A stretch of 64,000 nucleotides of DNA from Lingula anatina (Eukaryota > Animalia > Brachiopoda), in contig CM120648.1 of the NCBI GenBank assembly GCA_051362555.1, positions 15,124,587-15,188,586 of the forward strand, given 5' to 3'. Under the pieces are notes generated by a model that saw only the letters and a program-made list of their open reading frames with translations, ran no database searches and was not told where the DNA came from. Within the stretch, counting starts at the first letter, position 1. Each line of letters starts with the position of its first letter. The translations under genes and the position numbers were made by a program. This document shows positions 40,401 through 50,800 of this stretch, piece after piece.

Positions 40401-41393
40401 CCTATCATAACGCTATCTGCATTAAATGTTGGTAAATGGTCTTTACCGCAAATGATCTTTTCAAGAGGAACAACAACAACACGTTAACTATACTGATAAA
40501 GCAGTAAAGTAGTTCTTACATAAGTTTTTAATCACACTTAAAAAGACGGACGGACGGACACACACACACACACACACGCTTATTATTACACTAAACATTA
40601 AAATAGAATATTCTTTTTATATCTGTCGCCTACAATAAAAAAATATAACTACAAAAGGTTACTAAAACATATATAACTAAATTAATTTAAAAATTAAATG
40701 ACTTTGGACTCTTTTTTCTTTGGGAAGGAGTGGGGAGATGGCGGCTACTTGTCACGGGATAAAGAAAAAATAACCCAAATTTTAAACAACTGCACATTTT
40801 CTAGATTTTCTTTTTTAACGTTTTGTAGAAAATAGTCGTGATCTTAAAATATAAGCAACCGCCCCCTTAATCTACAGCACATGCAGTTTTGTTCCCGCCT
40901 TTGGTGAAGGGTCAATTAAAACGGTTTTCCCGGAAAAGTTAATGTGAACTATTTTAATTACTTATATTTTATATTTCTAATTTAAGCTTATACCTAATAT
41001 TCTAAAAACTTTTTTCAATTTAAATTGAAATTCAAAAGTTTCAAAAAGAAAGAATGTATGCGTCTTTCTTCACTCATAAATTACATAAAAGATCAATTTA
41101 TGATAGAAAGATACAATGTATTAAAAAACCAAATTTAACAGACTAAAAAAATGGGAAAAATGGTTAGACATGTTTGAATTTAATCAGTACTCACCTGTTT
41201 CAGCTAAATTATATATTGCGCTTTATTTTCTTTTCTTGTCTTTTCGTCTATTGTATGTTTAGTTGAATACATTGTGGTATCGATTTTTTTTCATCTATTG
41301 TTCATGAGACTATCAATATACATTTGTGTGTGTGAGAGAGAGAGTGAGTGTGCATTTACTATACATGTACTTATTTATTCCTGGACTGAAAAA

Positions 41394-41488
<95 letters not shown>

Positions 41489-44400
41489 CAGGGGCGAAAA
41501 CAAAACAAAATACAAAAAAAGACTGGTTATAAACGGTCAGTGTAAGACGTCGCACACAAAATATTCACGTGTGACGTAAGCGCTACGTCGCTCGTATAGG
41601 TGACAAAAGAATGTGGTTACATTACATAATAAAATAATGTTGCTATATAAGCAACTTTTCGAAATTAGTACACATAGTCAATGGTATTAAATAAATATTT
41701 TTTAGAGTGTCGGCTTTTGCGGACGAGTTCATTTTTAGAGTTCAGCGTTTTCTTTCTTTCCGAAGTAATGATGTAGAACTTTTCCCTCAGGCAGAGCTGA
41801 CACCGTTTGGTTATGTTTGAATATGGTCTTTAGTTTTGACCATTTCAGCCCTTAGTTAATTTTTTTCCTTAAGAGTCCAAATATAGCTGCTCAAAGAGGT
41901 GTGGTGACGTTTGGATGAGCAGTTGAAAGAGGTCTTATGGTGATTGTATCTGTATTTAAATTCACATTCAGATATACCAATGTATTCTTTTGTCTCGCTT
42001 TTGGTTATCACAGTTGCCTTATAAACTATATTTTTCCTAGACATTCGCCATTAATTGGGCATTCGCTTTTTATCCTACAGTTACAAGTTTTTACATCTGA
42101 AACATTATCTACAACACTAGAATTATTCATTTTTCTTAATTAATCCTGGTTACACTCATTTACATACTTAATTATTTTTATATTATGGCACTTAAATAGT
42201 TTGGGGGATGTTTGATTATCTCCCCAGTTTTGTACCTTTGTATCTTATTAGTTTTCGTCAGTAATAAATGACAATTTTATGGACTTTACTTACTTAATTT
42301 GAAGCAAAAACAGAGCTTCGTTGTGCTTGTGAACATTTGGCTACATAAAAGTCATTCTGAGTTTTGTGATCCCTGCCCGATGAGTGCACATAAACTAACC
42401 CTGCGCATACGTTACAGGAAATACACAATATTTTCACATAAAATAGACTACGAAAATCGGTTTAAGGCCATGTAAGAAGAACTACTGTGAAAATTAATTG
42501 CAGTATGATTCTAGTACATGAATCTGTTGGATCTAGGATTTTGATAAATGGGCTATTAAATTTGACAAACGATCGACGGAAGGCTTCTTATAAAACGAGT
42601 TTATTTTACCATGCTGTAGCGCACGGAGATGAAAAGAGTACTTGACTCTGTTTCATTTTGGTCATATAACACGTTACCAGGACTAACAATGTACCAGTAT
42701 TCTTAAATGTTATTATAACAACTTCTATGCTATTTCAGCCCCATTTCTAAAACGTATTGGAAAATCTTAAAAATCTTTTGAAAATCTTACTTCAGTGTAC
42801 GGGGAGGACGCATGTCTGGCTTGCCATTAAAGTCTCCACATATTCCTTCCATCCCTTTGCCTTTAAAGAACGGAGGAACACTGACTTTTACATTCAGCCC
42901 GTAAAGCGAATCATCAGATACTCTTACCCAGGCACCAGATGGAAAGTTTATCTGAAAAAGTTACAGATATGATTCAGTGTGATCCTACGTACTAGTACGT
43001 CTCTCATGGGACATTGCACAAGTCTGTCTGGGATGTATGCTTGCATATTTCGAAGTTCAGAAAACGTTTCTCTTAAAGGTTTCTTCACGGAATTTTTCCG
43101 CCAAAATGTAATTTCTTGCGAGAAATAACATTTTTTTCCTTCTCGTGAATAATTGATTGACCTATCCCTGCACTTGGATTCGCTGTTAAATATTCGATTT
43201 TTAATTTAGTACTTTAGTACTTTACATACTACAAGATCACAGTCATATACTCAAAATAAAAAAAGATTTATGAAGTTTTGTGGAGGGGGAGTCAAATTTT
43301 CATGGGGGAGTCAGATTTTCATTATGAAAATCTTACTGGGGGAGTCAGATTTTCATGTTACACCGGGGAAAAGCTGGTTAGGGTAAGTCGTAATATTGGG
43401 GTTAGTATATGGGACAAATGTCACTTGTTCAAGGTAATGGGGACGGACTACAGCACCATTCCTAGACCCTATCGTCCTAACTGTGGATCGATCTATCTCC
43501 AAGGGGATCCCCGCTAAATTGCAATCAACTTAAGCGGCGTAGATGCCTAGCACACCTAATGAAGCTGCTAGAAGATAATAAGTTTACGTTTAGCGCATTC
43601 ATTGTGCGTGCCAGACATCTAAGCCGCTTAAAGGGATAACAACTGTTCATTTTGGCCAAATAATGGGGTAAAGGACAATTTTCCATACTTACCAATATCA
43701 GTAATGTTTTGTTAGTCGAAAAAAAGGTAAAATATTTATATAAGATCAAGTATGAAAAGAATTCAATTCAGACAGACATTTCATTATAAATCATGAGGGC
43801 AAACCATTTTAATCACGGGACATTTACAATTAGGAAGTGTTAATTTATCTTACCCTCCAGGCCTTGCCTCCCTGTTCCTTAAACATGTACGTCCCACTGG
43901 CTCTTCCATCCCCTTGCTTACTCAAAGACCGATGCCAGATAAGAGGCGGCACGTCGTAATTTTTATGACGGTGAACCCACCAGTTACCGTGACATATGTC
44001 AACAATGAAGATGTCATTATTTTCTCGAGCAGCAACACCGCAGTTACAGCCAATTGGATTTGATTTTGTCGTACTGCAGTTCCAATGTCTTGCTCGAACC
44101 TGAATATTACAAAAATAAGATTTATATAACGTCATTATTAACTTGTGGATTTTACACATTTTATAAACTTTCGTCTTTTTATTATCATAGTCAGCATTGC
44201 AAGCGGGAATAATAGTAGGAATGTATGGCTTTATACACTATATACCATATAAAAACGAAATCCTATATACTACTGTATAACAAAATAAGAATGATTTATG
44301 TGCACGTCGTTAGATTAATGACCCGTCATTATTTACTGTCGGAAGGGAAGGGGGTGGGGGGTGGAGGAGTAAATGCCTGTTATACAAAAAAATTTGAGAC

Positions 44401-44812
44401 CCCCCCCCGCACTCAAATATTTCTGGACCCCATTCCGGATTTATTGAAAAAAACAGCCCCCCTCAATAAAAAATATTATGTTGATTCATTGCTCGAAATA
44501 AAATAGTATGTGATTAGGAAAAGCTCCTAATCTTTTAATAATCTCTCCGCCTCTCACGCCTCCCCATGCGCCGCCCCTGCGGGGGTACAGTCATTAAATG
44601 TCGGCTTGTTCTGAATGCACCCTTTGTCCAGAGAGACATTACAAAGTAGTAGTAATTGCAGTAAATGACATTGTGAGTTAAGACAGGTGCTTAATTATTC
44701 ACTGTAAATAAGGATGGTTGCATTGAGCAGAAAGAATCTTACCTCAAACAACAGACTGTCAGTTTTCAGACTGGCCAAGACAAACTCTCCCACCTCCATA
44801 ATGTCGTAAGGG

Positions 44813-44847
<35 letters not shown>

Positions 44848-47800
44848 GTACGTCCCGTATATACACACACACACACAAGATGAATGAATGATTATGAAAA
44901 TCGTTTTCTCGTATTCTATACCCGGTACCACATGATTCACGGCATTAAAACTCATTGCTAGTTTAATAGTACTTTCTACATCAACTAATTGTCAAGCAGT
45001 AAGGGTGAATTGTGCTTTTTTACCTTCACGCACAAAATTTGACACAGATGTTATCGCTATGAAATAAAAACATTTCTAAGCACACTATATGATCCTTTCT
45101 AATTCCATATACAGACTTGACATTTAATATGGGATATTTCAGTTTCTAAGGTATGCCTAAGTAAAACCTCCTTCTTTTTTCAAAAACCACTTAACTGACT
45201 ACCATGTCTGTGGCACTGCTGCATTGTGTTCTGTCAAAAAGTATCCATATGTTGGCAACTACTGCATAGAAGGATTTGAAATTTTGCATAAAAGCGGTCG
45301 ATTTCGCAGTACATAAAACGAATTGAGCATTTTCTTTACAAAATTGTTACTCTGTGCCAGAATGAAAGAAAAGAAGTATTATAGAGTAATGCCCAGATTG
45401 ATGTAACTACACAAAGACCAAGCCTAATGTATCGATATCCTACCACCAGGGTAAAGGACTCACTGTCCTTCCGGATATGCAACTAAACAAATACCACCCA
45501 GTCCGTTCAGAATGAGGGGTTAATTGCCAACAGACCCTTAACCCTTTAAGACCCTTAACGAACATCAAACTGGTTTTAGCAGGTTAGAATACCTGACGGC
45601 CTCTGAGGAAGCCAATGTAAACATTACAACATCGTCGTCTGTTTCTCTAATGAAGTGGGGACCATGACCGTTTCTGGGTAGAATGCTGAAACCGCGTGGC
45701 TTTCTTTACTGTGAAATCTGACCACAATTTTAGGTTGCACTTTCAGTAGCAGTTATCATGCAGAACCAAGGGAATAAGCAGCTGTCTTGTTCATCAAAAG
45801 CACCATATTTGAACCACATAGACAATATGCGGGTAGGTCATTACTCGCCACATCAACGGCCTAAATGTTCTACAATAAAACGGAACCAAATTTTAACCGA
45901 TACCTGGAATGTTATTCCAAAATTAAACTCTAAAAACCTATCCCAAGGAATGCATTGCAGCTCAAGAGTCCTGGTAGCAGCCAGTTACGGCCAGGCATAA
46001 CAGCGATTGTTGCTGTGTCTAGAAACTGGTATGAGGATCCAGGGGCGTGTATCTCTTTGACAGATTATAACTTGGAAAATATGGAGATCCAAAATGTCGC
46101 TTTTCACAAGCGATGTATTTTTGTTTGCTTCACTGGCCAAATCAATTAATGAACTGATGTCACAATGACATCAAAGAGACTATTAAAAGTTATTAAAACA
46201 CGAATTTAATTCTTTTTTTCATATATCAGTCAGCAAAATAGGAAAATTAACTGACGAAAAAAGATTTGGAAAAATATCCCTATTAAATGTCAAGTCTGTA
46301 GATGCTAAATCTCCAGACCTTATACTAGTATGGGCGGCGGTTTATACAAAAATGCAAAACACGATTAGTCGTCATCGTTATCAGATCAGTCGAAATGAAA
46401 ACACGATTAGTCGTCGTCGTTATCAGATCAGAAGGCAAAATACGACTAGTAGTCGTCAAAACGCAACTAGTCATCAAAACGCAACTAGTCATCAAAACGC
46501 AACTAGTCATCAAAACGCAATTTGACGCCAGATGGCGCCCATTGTACGAAAATCTAGGTCAAGTCACATGATCCACAGTGATCAAAATGGCGGACGTTAT
46601 TGAAGCAGCATTATCATATTCCTCGCTCGAACTCGAGAATTATCTCTACGCGTACAATCTAATAATGATATTATATATATAATAATATCTCGAACTCGAG
46701 ATAATTCTCGAGTTCGAGCGAGGAATATGATAATGTTGCTTCAATAACGTCCGCCATTTTGATCACTGTGGATCATGTGACTTGGCCTAGATTTTCGTAC
46801 AATGGGCGCCATCTGGCGTCAAATCGCGTTTTGATGACTAGTTGCGTTTTGATGACTAGTTGCGTTTTGATGATGACTAGTTGCGTTTTGATGACTAGTT
46901 GCGTTTTGATGATGACTAGTTGCGTTTTGATGACTAGTTGCGTTTTGACGACTACTAGTCGTATTTTGCCTTCTGATCTGATAACGACGACGACTAATCG
47001 TGTTTTCATTTCGACTGATCTGATAACGATGACGACTAATCGTGTTTTGCATTTTTGTATAAACCGCCGCCCATATACTAGCAGTCATATTTCATTCATA
47101 ATACTAATATACTTTACTTCATAATTTAGATTAATATATTTTCTTACATTTCAAACAATTAATTTCGGTTTATGTTTAAAGTAAAGATACATTGATATGT
47201 AAGTACAAACAGACATATTTATAAAAACGAATGCACTTTACATGAAAGCGACATTTAACAGGATTTATAAACCTGCATTACTAGTTTTTTCTGCTTGTAT
47301 AATATCTACTTACTACCCATCGAATGTGTAAATGTGAGGGTCATTGATTGAAGAGCACTGCCCTATAAATTCTTCCTTTACACGAATCTGTAAAACCAAA
47401 TACATGTATCAGTAAAATGTTTACCTTGAAATTCAAATGTACAAAACTTCGAAAACATATTCAAAGTGATAGGAAACCTCGACCAAAAATTGGTCTCTGT
47501 ACAGAGATACGAAGGACACACATCTGTACAAGTACATGTAAAATATGCCTGACAATAGCAATAACAATCGTATTGCGCGAAACTGTTCTCGGCATCAGCC
47601 ATATGCATGCAGTCACAGACTACATGTTCCTCTGTTTGAATGTAGCCCACCTGCCCATTAGTCATCAGTGTACTAAATTTAAACATATCGGTGTATTTAA
47701 TCGTATTACACTGTAAATCAGCAAAGTTAATCTAGATTCCTGTTATCCCCTCTCACACCCCCGTCACACTAGCGGCAGAATGAACAAGAATGTCGTCGGA

Positions 47801-50800
47801 AGGACAATTCTTTGTGCATTCCTGGATATTCAAAGAGGATTCTAAATATTCCGAGTGCATTTCAAATAGTTTTACCCATTCTTGTCATTCTAAATATGTC
47901 AGAAAGTAATTTTAATCAAGTATTTTAGGTTTTTCAGGTGCATTATGTTTGAATTATTTGTACTGTATATCAAACCATCATTGGCAGCCATAACGGGAGC
48001 AGTTGACTGCATTTGAGTTCGCTTCATTTATCATTCGAGGCATCTTCTTACATACTTCTGCTTGTATTCGGCCAGCAGTCAAACCACACTTGTACGGTAT
48101 TTGAATTTCATTCGGAATATTCTGACTGCAATTTGAAATTCCCTCCCGATTATGGCACGAATTTTTCAATAAATTCATTCTGGCTGGTTGTGCTCGATTC
48201 CTGCTGGTTCCGAATAAGTGTTACGGGGGCCTTAAGTCACGTGCCAGTTCGAATATCCCTCGGATGTGATCAAAATGTTTCGAATGTTGCCAGAATACCG
48301 TAAGAATATTTAAAATGCAGTCATGGTGTAGTTAGAATACTATTCAATAATTTTCCACTTGGAATGCACTTCGAAAGTTTTTAAGATTCAGGCCGGCCAC
48401 AAGAATGGGTAAAAATATTTGGAATGCACTCGGAATTTTTAGAATGCTCTTCGAATAACCTGCAATGCTCAAAGAATTGTATCTTCGACGCCATTCTTAA
48501 TCATTCCGCATCTGGTGTGACGGGGGTATAAAATCCTGCCAGAATGTTTCGAATGTGCCTCGGATGAGGTGAAATATTAATTTTGCCAGCAATCGAACTA
48601 CACTAGTACGCCATTCAAAGTATGTTCTAAATATTCTTACTGCCTTCTGACAGCATTATAGATATTCCTAGTTTTCCAACTACATTGGAAATGCATTTGA
48701 GAGCTAAAACAGCCAAAAGTGCACTCATAATTCCAGGCGAATTCAAGCGCATTCTGAGTATTCCAACGGTACTCTTACAATAATTAAGGTCAATTTAAAC
48801 TTTTTCCCGAATGTGGTGCGAATTTTTAAAATTCTTCATTCAGCCTCATTCTTTTTGATTCCTGCTGATTCCAATTAAGTGTGACGGGGGTATCAGCAAA
48901 ATTGACGTAAAAGCAAAGTAGAACCACCCCTGCCATCCAACCAAATGAAATTCCAAATTAATAATTTAGAAAAAAAGCAATCAACAGAAAATATATTATG
49001 TTACGTCTTTGTCGAGTGATCTTACACTTGAACTTTCAATTAACACAATATTTTCGACAAGCGAGCAGACAAAATGAAGAAAACCTTCGATCAAATGTCG
49101 CTACAAATAATAGTACTGAAGACTAACCGCATCTGTTCACATCTGAACGAAGCCTATGGGCGCGCATACATTACATTAAGTAAAATTATGTAAAACAGGT
49201 GTTTAAAACATCATGTTATCATGCAATATGACATTATGTGCACAAAATGACCAACCACCTACCGGGATTTCGGGTATCTTGTAGCCGTCCCAAATGCTTT
49301 TTCTTCCCAACAGAAATTGAGTTTTTTTATAAGACAGACTACGAAATGTTAAGTATCGAAATGGCCAATCCCCTTTCCAATTTTTTCCAGTAAACAAAGT
49401 ACGTATTTCAAAGGTCTTAGATCTTATTGGTGATTGCACTGCTGTTTCATTTTTTAAAAACGCGACGGAACAATCGCTCATTCCTATACCGTCATCTTTT
49501 ATTCCATATTCAAAGATAACTTGGCGAAAACCGATGTGACTAGAATTTATTATCGGGAGGGTTGACACCAGCTGTACTTTTAATGGCCTTTGGTTTCCTC
49601 TATCTAAGAAAATGGTGCTGACTTCTTTCTGGCTTTCAAATTCCACGACCTGCAATTGTTAAAAAATAAATTTACTTTAGAAAACAATTATTACAGCATA
49701 TCTAAGTAAAATACCCATATTTCACAGCACTACTGATGACCTAACCACAAACATTGATGAATGCATTCATGTAGAATACCACATACATGCAATTCCACCG
49801 ACCCTTAAAATTTAAATGTTGAAGGTATTTGAGCAGAACATTTGTTGGCCTCACAAAGTGTTAATTCTCTCCCTTTGAAAAGTGGCAGGCGGTTAGATAA
49901 CAAAATTGCTTAAAATACAAATTTAAAGCACCAAGGTACTCGTTTTAGACAGATAGTACCTAAGTTTATTTTTTATTGATTTATTTGTCACCTTTACTCC
50001 TGCAAAGACCCTGTTTGAACTGTGCCGAAAATTATGCATCCCAGAGGCTTTGTATTCCCTCCACCAGCCCTTTGCGCGGCATGAAATCTGGAAAAATAAA
50101 AGATCGTAGGGTCACAATATGGGTTTATTTGCACGCACATTAGGTAAAGGTTGGTAATATGGATACAATACATTATATACATATGATATAGTTTGGTTTT
50201 GTAATGGTAGACATAGCTTGAGAATTTTCTGTGTTCATTTCGTGTCTTGGATAGAGTTTTTCGGTAAACTTACATGTTTTCCAAGGTTGTATTGGAGAGT
50301 CCAGATATCAAATTTAGCCCTAAATTTGTTTGTATGGTCGGCCGTTGCATTCTGTGTGACGACACCATCCAACATAAACTGCACGAAGAACACTGCAGAC
50401 TCTGGGTCGGTTGTGTTATCAAAGGATATGTCGCAGTAAATTAATATTTCCTTTTCTTCCACTTTTATTTCGGAAACGTGTGGATCTTTTGACATTTCAG
50501 GATACCGAGCTTACGGCAAAATAAAACAAAGGCATGCAGGTTACATTCCGTTGCCAAATATCTTAAAGGGAAATTACGATTTTTGTCATTAGATGAGACT
50601 TTACCAATAACACGTTTGAAATTTCACACCTTACACACACCTATTATGACATTTTAATTTGATTTTTTAAAAGGCAATAAAAACTAGGAGGGCACTCCGA
50701 GAGCGCAGACCTCCGCCAAGGCAGCAGACTCCACTCAAAGCCGTTTCACCCCTAAATTTTCATTCTATAATGGTTTTTTTTAATTTTTGATTATTGACTG

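Noticed and set aside
41274-41579. YIYIYI-rich ORFs
   Set aside because: Artefacts of the (TA)n microsatellite.
46325-47124. ORFs with MTSCVL / KTQLVI / ATSHQN repeats; also a CRISPR-like appearance
   Set aside because: They are translations of 18/21-bp tandem repeats in a foldback element. There are no unique spacers or cas genes, and the context is eukaryotic.
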